The translations under genes were made by a program, and so were the position numbers. A DNA stretch of 64,000 nucleotides from Mayamaea pseudoterrestris (taxonomy: Eukaryota). Below are positions 10,729 to 19,620 of the stretch, in pieces. The stretch spans positions 248,001-312,000 of the forward strand of contig BROI01000011.1 in the NCBI GenBank assembly GCA_027923505.1. Reading direction: 5' to 3'. Positions within the stretch are counted from its first letter, which is position 1. Each line of letters starts with the position of its first letter. The notes under the pieces were generated by a model that was not told the origin of the DNA, did not search any database, and worked only from the letters and a program-made list of their open reading frames with translations.

Positions 10729-12383
10729 GGCGTAATGAACATGTGGTAGTGCATGAGGTCAAATACAGTACTTCTTTAACTGCTGCCGATGAAGGGTCGC
10801 TGATCGCTCTCGGCCGGCCAAACGCGCGATGATGCTGACGATTCGGAGAGGGCGATGTGGTGTCGTAGTGGTTCTTGATAATGCGACGATCACATGTGGC
10901 GCGCCGGCGCGGGTAGCTTGGGTACTCACCAGTAGCTTCTACCATACGAGCGGTCAACAAAAAACCTCACGTGCTTCTTTGGTCGCCTCCACCGGTATAA
11001 AACATTTCTTAACAACTACCGGTACTGTTACATGTTTTAATTGTTCTCCTATGACAGCAGAGACCACAAGCCAGCTTGTCCCGATCCAGTATGTACGACT
11101 GGATCTTAGTAGGGGGCAAATCGTCCCTCGACGACGACCCGACCGCGTCAGCTATTATGCATACACCTGTGTCGTTGCTACACTGGCACATCGCAACCAC
11201 ATGCATTACACGTCAATACAGCAACATTCAAGATGGACATACTCAAGTACGAACTGTGACTCGGTGGTCAAGAAGTGCTGCGCCACGCCATTTTGACGTG
11301 ACAAACTGGGCCACGAATACCACTCAACTTGTCAGCATCACTGCCCATATAGCCTCAAAGACTGCATAACGCCGGACCCATGCAACAGAGAGGCCAAAAG
11401 ATCTCATAAACAATGTCCAATGCAGTTTTCCATGGTTGTCGTATAAGTAGAAATGTCCCAGAAAACGTCTAGATGACGCCTGGCATCCGAAAACGGTGGC
11501 ATGACGTTTCGTGATGACATTTATTTTGCGCCCACTTTCATTCACCGCACGCCAGAGGAAACCATCATTCATCGGATCTGATCACATAAATTTGATCGTT
11601 CATAAATCCGATCGTTCAACACATTTGCAAATCATATCAAGCAAGGTTTCTCATGATGCGATCAAGTTTTGCAATGCTTCGACTCTTGGCATTTGCTGCC
11701 TCGATTCGCTCGGTGCTCGGTGAAAGCGAAATTCATGTATTGGTGAGTGCGACGAGTGAGGATCAAGGACAATGATAATTGACTATGTTGCGAACTCGTA
11801 TGTGTTATGTGTTGGGGCATCATAAACATCGTCTCACCGTCTGACTTTTCTTGTTTCAAAAGACGCTTGGGCAAGAATCACCACTGGTACAGCAAGGTGT
11901 AAGTTTCAAGGAGACGGAACAAGACAGCTTTCACACCCACGTCACTCGTGGACTAGCAGCCGGTACGGCTCTAGGCACATGTACCACCCAGGATCAAACA
12001 AATTACAGGGATAATCAAGATTCTTATGGATTCTGGTTCAAACCTGAAGTGCAAATTCAAATTGTCGGGTTTCGAGTCGCTAGCTCAAGCGATTACACCC
12101 CAGCCGCCCAGAGCGTACAGTTGATTAAGCTGAGTGGTACTGGTACTGAAACAAGCTTCCAAGTAACATCGACACCGACAAACATAGTGCAATCGGTTTA
12201 TAAAGGTAAATGATTTGGATGCTTTGACATTTAATGCGAGACAAATGCTCACACTTTATACTTCTAAATATCGCCAGATATAACGCAAACTACCAGAGTT
12301 GATTTAACGGGTACAGACATTGTTACCGTGTCAGCTCGTCAGCGCATTGGAGTTTTAGGAATAACTGAAGCGCCTAATGGTCA

Positions 12384-12474
12384 CGGGTTTCCCCGTCTTA
12401 GCCACTACTTCCAGCTATTTGGAGAGTAAGGCATTTTACTTAATTTGCCTCCTCGCCGCCCCAAGGCGTGCGCC
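12384..12474 (-). repeat. Repeat B2 (terminal copy) of the element
   Basis: 12384-12417 equals 12791-12824, and 12420-12474 equals 12854-12908. Confidence 0.9.
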
Positions 12475-12492
12475 GAGGGACGGGAGGGTGGG

Positions 12493-12790
12493 TGCACTTA
12501 ATTCTATCTTCTTTCCTTGTCAAAAGCAGCACTCGAGGCAGCTCTCTAAAGGAATCAAAGGACAAGCGACTGTAGCAACAACAACAACAACAGGAGGGGC
12601 TGCTTGGAAGGAGCTTGCCTTCTTCAAAAGAATGGCTCCGAGCAGGGCGAAGGAGGATCAAAGGATGCTCTTCAACACGCTCAGGGGCTTATCTGCAACC
12701 ACGCAGCTTTCAAAGCCGTATGGTGTCGCCACGCTGGCGACTGTAACATATAGTGTAGTCTTTTCCTTCCGCTTTCAGCTGCGGCAAAGA
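12493..12790 (-). repeat. Repeat A2 (298 bp)
   Basis: Identical by eye to 19139-19436. Confidence 0.95.
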
Positions 12791-12908
12791 CGGGTTTCCC
12801 CGTCTTAGCCACTACTTCCAGCTACAGGGTTTTAAGGATGGCACACAGTTGGGTGGAGAGTAAGGCATTTTACTTAATTTGCCTCCTCGCCGCCCCAAGG
12901 CGTGCGCC
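12791..12908 (-). repeat. Repeat B1 (internal copy, with 29 nt at 12825-12853 where B2 has 2 nt)
   Basis: Matches B2 in two blocks of 34 and 55 bp and directly abuts A2. Confidence 0.9.
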
Positions 12909-12994
12909 TCCTTGCCACCCACTTTTCATCTTGGAGGACAAAGGACACCCAAAGAGACGGGTGGGAAACGAGCGAAGCGAGTGTGGTGGGTAGG

Positions 12995-14143
12995 TTAGAT
13001 GGGCTGCTGCGGGACAAAGGTGCCAGGGACCAGGGTGTAGGTGCCACCTTGGACCATGCGAGCAGCGTAGCCGGTGGTGTGAGCAGCAGTGCCATGCAGG
13101 TAGCGTAGCATTGCGTCAGAACGCCAGCGGCCCATCAATTTTATAATATTGTCATCGCAGCCGCCATTGAGGAGAGCCATAGCACCACCAGCGCGCAGGG
13201 AGCGAGCCTCAATGTCGGAGGGGTCTAAGCCCAGGGTAGGACCAAGTGCGATGACAGCATTGCGAAGGGTGCGCGTAATCTCCCCATTCTTGACGCCAAG
13301 AGGACGATTAGCACACCAGTAGGTTGCAAGCGGTGTGTGGGCAGTAGCACCATGCTCACGCAAATAAAGAATGCGCCGAGCAGCAGCAAGCACCGGACAG
13401 CAATGGAACAAGCCAGTGCGGCCTTGGCTAATGACTTCACCGCGGACACCATTTTTCTGATTATCAAATGTGAACGACACCTGGGAAGCCGCCAACAAAT
13501 CTGCAGCTGGTGCAGCAAAGAGATCAAGACGGCGGGAACCCAGACAGAGTTGGACTGCACCTAGGCGTAGTGGTGGGGTGTTGCCACCGTGGGTGCCAGT
13601 GTACTCACCAGGGCGCATCAAGAAGAAGAAACCCAGGGTGATGATGTCGGCAAAGGTTTGCAGGGCAGGTGAGCCTGGTCCAGAATAGGCTTGGGCCAGG
13701 ATGTGTTGCACAATGGTGACCGGAATTGGTTTGACGCGAGTAGGGGCTGGATCTTCGCGGTGCCAGCATTTAAATTGTTGCTGCAGCCGGTAGTCAATTT
13801 TGCCACAGGAATCTTGTCGAATGTCGTGGGACCCCATGCGGGCGAACGTCTGGCCCACCGCACGGATGGCGTCCGCCACTGTTGCAGCGCGGACGGGTTG
13901 ACCGCTGGCGGAGAGTCGGCCATCGCGGTAACGGGTTGCCCAGACTTGGAGAGTTGGGACTGGGTCATCCAAGGTTTTGAGGAAAGGGTCGAGATGGTGT
14001 TCAAGACAGAAGTCACACCATGAGGCCCAACGCTTGTCCGCGGAGGCGGCTCTTGAAGGAACGACTCCGGCACGGATCTGGTCTTGGACAGTGCGGTAAT
14101 CATGGTAGAAAGCATCGCGGGTCGTGGTTGGTACAGTTGCCAA
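12995..14143 (-). CDS. Tyrosine recombinase of the retrotransposon (no AUG at its 5' end)
   Basis: FFFLMRPGEY (catalytic R), QKNG (K), RSLRAGGAMAL, GRWRSDAMLRYL (W, catalytic Y). Overlaps the 3' end of pol by ~525 nt in another frame. Confidence 0.93.
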   Translation of the reverse strand: MATVPTTTRDAFYHDYRTVQDQIRAGVVPSRAASADKRWASWCDFCLEHHLDPFLKTLDDPVPTLQVWATRYRDGRLSASGQPVRAATVADAIRAVGQTFARMGSHDIRQDSCGKIDYRLQQQFKCWHREDPAPTRVKPIPVTIVQHILAQAYSGPGSPALQTFADIITLGFFFLMRPGEYTGTHGGNTPPLRLGAVQLCLGSRRLDLFAAPAADLLAASQVSFTFDNQKNGVRGEVISQGRTGLFHCCPVLAAARRILYLREHGATAHTPLATYWCANRPLGVKNGEITRTLRNAVIALGPTLGLDPSDIEARSLRAGGAMALLNGGCDDNIIKLMGRWRSDAMLRYLHGTAAHTTGYAARMVQGGTYTLVPGTFVPQQPI

Positions 14144-16977
14144 GGTAGAGGCTGTGGGTAATGAGTGTTAAAGTAGGTGAGTAATTCAGAGTCAGACAAA
14201 TGCCACAAACGGGAGGCCTTGTCCGCCATTTCATTCACTGGACCAGGAATGTAATCATGGAGGGGAACATAGCGATGTGTGCGTTGATGCAAGGACTGGC
14301 ATCTGAGGAGGTATGCTGCTGGGCCAGTGGAGGTAGTAGAGCCCTTGCGCTGCCAAGCGACAGCCGGAGTGTTGTCATGGGAGGTGTGAATGGTGCGCTC
14401 ACGTATGTCAAAATTGTGTGCCAAAACATCATGATGGAGAACCGTCCCAAACAATTCCAAATCACTATTGGTAATAGTGCCATGTGGGTTGTCAAAACTC
14501 ACCAAGTCCGCCTCAATGTGAGGAGGGAACCTGGCACGCCACAAGATTGGTTGTAGGGCATTGGTGGGCATGGAGACAAAGGCCACGGCCCCAGCGCCAC
14601 GACCAGATGCATCAGTAGTGCCCACAATAGCCGGGTCATCAGGAATCAATTCAGCAATGCGTGTTGGTCGTGTCTCTAGACCAGCCGCAATCCATCGAAA
14701 ATCTTCCAGAAAGTCATGCACTGCCTGGGTCAACCGCAAACGACCAGAGTGACCATCAGGATGGCGAAAGGCCTCTTGCAAGGAACTGAACAGACCACGG
14801 CTGCCAGGAATGGCCAAGGACATGGAGCGCAGCTCGCCCAAGAACTTGTGCCACTGCTTGGTGGCAATGCGGCGCCGAGTAGGAGGGATACTAGCTAGGA
14901 TCTCACGTAGGCGTTCCAGGCGATGGGCTGGCAATGCAACAGTCATGGCGACGGTATCAACCAACCAACCCAGGACTTGCTTGCGAGTGGTCCAAGCACC
15001 ATCTCCTTTGAGTAACTTCTTGACAGACACTGGTTCTTGACGAGCAGGTAAGTCAGTGGGCTCCAGTGGGCGTAGAACTTGGTCAAATGTGTGCAGGAGA
15101 ACACGTTGCAACCTTAGCAGCCGATCCGGATTGCCTTGGGCTAAAGCAATCAAGTCATCCACATACAAGTCATTGTATGCAACAGGACGCTGGAGGATAT
15201 CAGAGCGCTGGCGTGGAGCAGGAAGAGGCGCCACACTAGGATCATTGATGGGCATATCCTCCACAGTCACAATAGGTGGGACAGAGCCTTGTGCGGGCAC
15301 ACTTCCAGGCAGGGGTGTTGGAGTGGTGGTAGCTGGTAAGGTTTGAGCTTGTAACTCCAGACGGTGAGGCGGTGGTGACTTGGCACCACACTGGAAGGCT
15401 TGATTGGCTAAGTCACAAATGGTCTCTGTCACTGCACAGAAATAGGGTGGAGAATGAATCCAACCCATCGGCAGTGTGAGTGGAAAAGCAATCAGAGGCT
15501 CCTCACCAGCACACTGAGGAAACAAGACACCAAGCTTGGGGATATCTCCAGGCAGCAAACGCACACGGTAAAATCCATCAGCAATATCCAACTTGGACAT
15601 GTGGACGGGCCCATAGCGGGGGTTGGCTCGAGCAATGCGTTGCAGCAAACGATAAAAAGTGCGGCCAAACTGCATGGACTCCAGTGGCGCAACTGCAGCA
15701 GTGTCATCATTGACCCCAAAGTAGCTGTAGTCGGAGATGGTCCGAGGTCGCCGGTCGCGCTGAGGCACAACACCAAGTGGACTGAGTCGGAGTTGTTCCA
15801 TTCCAAGGACCTGTGAGGCTGGTAGGACGGTCCAGTGGCCTTTCTTGATCATGTCAGTGAACTCCTCCCGCAGAAAAGCAGTGTGTTCCAAGGCAGACTT
15901 GTGAGGGCCCCTCTTGAGCGCCATTTGCTTTTGTGCTAGTGTCCAAGGCTTTTTCTGCATAATGGCTGGTGCGCCACGTGCATCCAATTGGTGTAGCAAA
16001 TGTGCAGCTGGATGATCCAGATCCTTGACGCTGGGCTGTAAGTCAGAGGCGCCGCGGCTGGCCTCCACAAAGGCACGCCAATCCGGAGACAAAGCAAGAC
16101 GTGCAGATGCCTCCTGAACCAGCTGCCCCAATTCATCATCAAGTAGTTGCAAGGATGAGGTGTTGGTGTGTGAAGGCAACTTGGATGTAGGAAGACTGCC
16201 AGGCAAAGTGCAAGGAGGTGCAGATGCCTTTGGGGAGACCAGGTCGTGTGCCTTTGGCTGAGAGGCCCAGTGTGGAGCCCAGCCAGTTGCCATGGCAGGT
16301 GACTGTGCAGGTGCAGCAGTGGCTTCCATTGAGAGTGGAGCAGCCTTGCTGAATGCCAAGTGTGGTGCCATGGTAGGAGCAGCCTTGCTGGCAACCAAGT
16401 GTGGAGCCATGGCTTGGTGTGACACCACAACTGGGGAGGCGCCAGTACATGGGACTGGAGCAGCCACTGGAGAGGCATCAGCGGTGTGAAGGCCTGGAGA
16501 AGCCACATCCTCAGGTGCGACGGCGACAGACGATTCAAGGGGGCCTGGAGAAGCCACAGCCTGGTGTGTAGGTGTGACGGCAACAGATGGATTGGTGCTA
16601 GGAGCCAAGGTTGGACGACACTCAGGGCGGACATCTTGACGACTTGCTTGGAGTTGACTTGCTTGGACTTGGACCAGGGACGCAGTGGGACCGGGGACAG
16701 AGGCCAATTTGATTACATTCCTGGCAGCAGTAGGCAAGAGACGTGGTGTGGGCAGTAACAATGGTTCTTTCTGCACAACATGCACGCCAGCTTGCTTACC
16801 AAGTTCAGGAGATAGGACAGGTGACACAGTAGATTTAAAACGTTTACTACTGGGCGACTTAATTACTGGAACTACTTCTTCATTTTCGACAACTGGACCT
16901 GCGACTCTGGATGGTGGAACAGCAGAGGTTGCAGGCGTCAGCGGATTATAACATATAGGGATCCGCCCGCCGGACCG
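13618..16977 (-). CDS. Pol: Pro/Ala-rich linker + reverse transcriptase + RNase H; frame is open up to the gag stop codon
   Basis: RT motifs KLDIADGFYRV, LPMGWIHSPPYF, LYVDDLI. RNase H motifs TTDASG, NSDLELFG, HDNTPAVAW, NEMADKASR. No stop between 16977 and the ORF-track start at 16827. Confidence 0.93.
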   Translation of the reverse strand, partial: RSGGRIPICYNPLTPATSAVPPSRVAGPVVENEEVVPVIKSPSSKRFKSTVSPVLSPELGKQAGVHVVQKEPLLLPTPRLLPTAARNVIKLASVPGPTASLVQVQASQLQASRQDVRPECRPTLAPSTNPSVAVTPTHQAVASPGPLESSVAVAPEDVASPGLHTADASPVAAPVPCTGASPVVVSHQAMAPHLVASKAAPTMAPHLAFSKAAPLSMEATAAPAQSPAMATGWAPHWASQPKAHDLVSPKASAPPCTLPGSLPTSKLPSHTNTSSLQLLDDELGQLVQEASARLALSPDWRAFVEASRGASDLQPSVKDLDHPAAHLLHQLDARGAPAIMQKKPWTLAQKQMALKRGPHKSALEHTAFLREEFTDMIKKGHWTVLPASQVLGMEQLRLSPLGVVPQRDRRPRTISDYSYFGVNDDTAAVAPLESMQFGRTFYRLLQRIARANPRYGPVHMSKLDIADGFYRVRLLPGDIPKLGVLFPQCAGEEPLIAFPLTLPMGWIHSPPYFCAVTETICDLANQAFQCGAKSPPPHRLELQAQTLPATTTPTPLPGSVPAQGSVPPIVTVEDMPINDPSVAPLPAPRQRSDILQRPVAYNDLYVDDLIALAQGNPDRLLRLQRVLLHTFDQVLRPLEPTDLPARQEPVSVKKLLKGDGAWTTRKQVLGWLVDTVAMTVALPAHRLERLREILASIPPTRRRIATKQWHKFLGELRSMSLAIPGSRGLFSSLQEAFRHPDGHSGRLRLTQAVHDFLEDFRWIAAGLETRPTRIAELIPDDPAIVGTTDASGRGAGAVAFVSMPTNALQPILWRARFPPHIEADLVSFDNPHGTITNSDLELFGTVLHHDVLAHNFDIRERTIHTSHDNTPAVAWQRKGSTTSTGPAAYLLRCQSLHQRTHRYVPLHDYIPGPVNEMADKASRLWHLSDSELLTYFNTHYPQPLPWQLYQPRPAMLSTMITALSKTRSVPESFLQEPPPRTSVGPHGVTSVLNTISTLSSKPWMTQSQLSKSGQPVTAMADSPPAVNPSALQQWRTPSVRWARRSPAWGPTTFDKIPVAKLTTGCSNNLNAGTAKIQPLLASNQFRSPLCNTSWPKPILDQAHLPCKPLPTSSPWVSSS

Positions 16978-19131
16978 TCAATTGCGGGGCTCAAGATGCT
17001 CCAATGCCCAAGCCAACAAGGCATCATCAGCTGCCTGACTATGCTTGATGTGGTCGGCTTTGCGCTTGCACAATGAGTCACATTTGCCACGCAAATGATA
17101 AGCCATGCAGGGAGCAGTAGCGAGTCCTGGGATGCTATCCTTGGTGGGCCAACTCTTGTCCTCGGGATTCTTCCTCATCAAGCGGAGTTGGCGCTTGTCC
17201 TTCTGGAAGGCTTCAAAGGCTGGGTTGTAATCCAGGTTGATGACCACCTCATTCGCCTTGGTAGAAGGACTGTTGCCGCTTGCACCAGTCAAAGTAGAAG
17301 CTGCGGTGGTATGAGTGCCTTTGCTGTTGACACTGCTACCAACCTTGATGGATCCTGGGATGTCGGCTGCCTTGTTGAGTTGCTTGCTTAGTTGAGTGCA
17401 ATACTTGGCAGGCAAAGGAGGCAGGACAGAGAGATTGCCAATTTCCAAGTCCTCCATGACACTGGCCAGATCCGGGACGGCCTTGTAGGTGGGAGAAGTC
17501 TCCATAGTCTTGAACCAACGGTGGAAGCGGACTTGGACTGCTCGCAGCATGAGGGAGGGTCCCTGCTCACCAAGGCTAGCCAAGGCGTGCTGATAGGTAG
17601 GAATGTTGGCTTCAAATGTCTTGGTCCAATGCTCCAATGTGCAGACAAGCTCATGATCTTCCCCAAAGTACTGTGTGAGGAGGATTAGGTAGGCCCGGCA
17701 CATGCGTGCTGCCAGGAAGTAGTTGGTTGGCAGCACCACTTTGGAAGTAACAGCCTGGAGCTCCTTAGTATCTTGGTAGGTGATTGCATGACCGCCACTT
17801 AGGATGTCGTCATGCGCCTGCGCCGCTTGGAGGACTTCAGCTGACATGTTTGAGCCTTGGAGAACAGTCAGATTGGGTGGTACCATCATGAAGACATTGA
17901 TGCCTCCACTAAAATCATCCTTGTCGGCGCCTGCAAAGTCTCCATCTTGAAGCCGTCGGCTAATGTGCGGCGTCACAATAGGAGCATAGTCTTGGTTACC
18001 CGCTGCCACCGCACCCTCAACTAGATGGTCTTGCACTACCTTGCGCTTGTCCTTGTCAGCCGTGGCGGCTAGGAGGTGGTGCAGTTCGGGATAGCCACTT
18101 GGTGAAGCAATGCGTAGCATGATGCTAGTGCGCCGTAATTGTGTCGCAGTTAAAATGTCGGAGACTTTCTTGGGTGCCTTGGCTGCTTCGGCGCGAGCCT
18201 CTTCACGGGCTCGGACTTCGGCTGCATCATTAGCTTGGCGCTCCAGAAGGTTGACCAAAGCACTTTGATTTGGATCGGGTTGGGCGAACAAGTCCGGCAA
18301 GAGGCGCCGCAAGTTGGTCGAGGTGAACCGGGCCACATCGGCATCCCAGCTCGGTGCGGCTCGTGCAATTCCTGGAATAGTAGGCACTCCATCAGCGGCT
18401 CGGCAAGTAACCAATAGCTTTAGCCAAGTGCAAAGGTTGGTCAAGACATGTTCCAGCCCCGCATCAATAATAGCCGGCGCCAAACGGTCGAAGAATTCGC
18501 GCCGCGTAAAACCCTGCCCAATCACCAGCGGTGCGAACCGCACGGGCAAGGCCTGAACCATCCGCGCACGACCTTGGACAATGGTCGCATCGTCTTCGTC
18601 AACCGGCTGCAATGGAGGCAAATACTCAGTGCCAGCAGGCAAGCCTTGCAATCGCTCCATTGTTTGTGCCAATGTCGCTGGCACATTTGTGAAGTGCCCG
18701 TTCAATGGACTGAGATGAAAATCTGCCACCGTCAGTTCGACGAGGCCTGCCGTGCCTTGGAAAACCTCCGTACCAAAACCGATGACTCGATTGTCCCAGC
18801 GGTTGGTGCGACCTGCAACGGCAAGGTACCGCTGGGCCCCGACAATGGCGTGAATGCAACCATGCAGAGGCTGGTCGGCCTCGACCAAGGCAGCAACAAG
18901 GATGGGAGCGGTCTCCAAGGGCGTGTCGACCAAACCTTTAAAGCAATCAGCTGCAGTTAAAGGAGGATCGGCAGTGCGAGTGAGACCGTTCAAACCATTG
19001 TATTCACCGTTCAAAGGATCATTACTTGCCTGACTGTAACGGGCAAGGAAGGTGACCGTAGGGAGAGTGGCCCCGGCAAAAGGAATGGCGGCGGCTGCGG
19101 CAGCGGCGTCAGCTCCATTGACGGCGGCCAT
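16978..19131 (-). CDS. Gag-like ORF1 (717 aa) with C-terminal Cys/His finger
   Basis: AUG at 19131 just after repeat A1. C-terminal C-x8-C-x3-C-x5-H (CMAYHLRGKCDSLCKRKADH). First ORF of the element. Confidence 0.85.
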   Translation of the reverse strand: MAAVNGADAAAAAAAIPFAGATLPTVTFLARYSQASNDPLNGEYNGLNGLTRTADPPLTAADCFKGLVDTPLETAPILVAALVEADQPLHGCIHAIVGAQRYLAVAGRTNRWDNRVIGFGTEVFQGTAGLVELTVADFHLSPLNGHFTNVPATLAQTMERLQGLPAGTEYLPPLQPVDEDDATIVQGRARMVQALPVRFAPLVIGQGFTRREFFDRLAPAIIDAGLEHVLTNLCTWLKLLVTCRAADGVPTIPGIARAAPSWDADVARFTSTNLRRLLPDLFAQPDPNQSALVNLLERQANDAAEVRAREEARAEAAKAPKKVSDILTATQLRRTSIMLRIASPSGYPELHHLLAATADKDKRKVVQDHLVEGAVAAGNQDYAPIVTPHISRRLQDGDFAGADKDDFSGGINVFMMVPPNLTVLQGSNMSAEVLQAAQAHDDILSGGHAITYQDTKELQAVTSKVVLPTNYFLAARMCRAYLILLTQYFGEDHELVCTLEHWTKTFEANIPTYQHALASLGEQGPSLMLRAVQVRFHRWFKTMETSPTYKAVPDLASVMEDLEIGNLSVLPPLPAKYCTQLSKQLNKAADIPGSIKVGSSVNSKGTHTTAASTLTGASGNSPSTKANEVVINLDYNPAFEAFQKDKRQLRLMRKNPEDKSWPTKDSIPGLATAPCMAYHLRGKCDSLCKRKADHIKHSQAADDALLAWALEHLEPRN

Positions 19132-19138
19132 GGAGGAA

Positions 19139-19436
19139 TGCACTTAATTCTATCTTCTTTCCTTGTCAAAAGCAGCACTCGAGGCAGCTCTCTAAAGGAA
19201 TCAAAGGACAAGCGACTGTAGCAACAACAACAACAACAGGAGGGGCTGCTTGGAAGGAGCTTGCCTTCTTCAAAAGAATGGCTCCGAGCAGGGCGAAGGA
19301 GGATCAAAGGATGCTCTTCAACACGCTCAGGGGCTTATCTGCAACCACGCAGCTTTCAAAGCCGTATGGTGTCGCCACGCTGGCGACTGTAACATATAGT
19401 GTAGTCTTTTCCTTCCGCTTTCAGCTGCGGCAAAGA
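19139..19436 (-). repeat. Repeat A1 (298 bp), 5' end of the element
   Basis: Identical by eye to 12493-12790. Confidence 0.95.
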
Positions 19437-19620
19437 GGATGGAGGAAGACAGTGCGGTACTAAAACTACTTTCACCACATCAATACTTGACAAACAGGTC
19501 CAATTAAACGGGCTCAAAGTTAACAAGAGGCTTACAAGTGGTCAAGCAACTTCCAGCAACACATTTTCAGCATCAGTCATAGGAGTTATCGAGATATTCT
19601 ACACAACATCGGCCACCAGT

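Larger units (their letters stand above)
12384..19436 (-). mobile_element. Tyrosine-recombinase retrotransposon (DIRS order, Ngaro-like, split direct repeats), apparently intact, 7053 bp
   Basis: gag-like, RT/RNaseH and tyrosine recombinase ORFs. Repeats are arranged A1...B1-A2-B2. No methyltransferase motif recognised and no target-site duplication. Confidence 0.95.

Noticed and set aside
12384..12908. Repeat-spacer pattern suggestive of a CRISPR array or a diversity-generating retroelement template/variable pair
   Set aside because: Only two copies of each repeat, no adenine-specific mismatches and no cas genes. Fully explained by split direct repeats of a YR retrotransposon.
14160..14180. 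-1 frameshift from pol into YR at TAC TTT AAC
   Set aside because: Not an X-XXY-YYZ heptamer, and a shift there would run into the TAA that bounds the YR frame.
16330..16560. Short internal repeats in the pol linker (39-bp MAPHL..SKAAP duplication)
   Set aside because: Ordinary slippage in a low-complexity linker; the frame is preserved.
16978..16980. UGA as a selenocysteine codon
   Set aside because: No SECIS-like element recognised and the position is a Gag/linker boundary, not a catalytic Cys site. Not formally tested.
19011..19307. Poly-Cys ORF MILLRPAR...CCCCCC in repeat A (also 12440-12661)
   Set aside because: The Cys run is the reverse complement of a (CAA)n microsatellite and there is no coding evidence. 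A regulatory uORF role overlapping the gag start cannot be excluded.
12493..19436. Classical LTR retrotransposon interpretation of the two 298-bp repeats
   Set aside because: No integrase or protease, no TG..CA termini with a TSD, and the element extends past A2 through B2.
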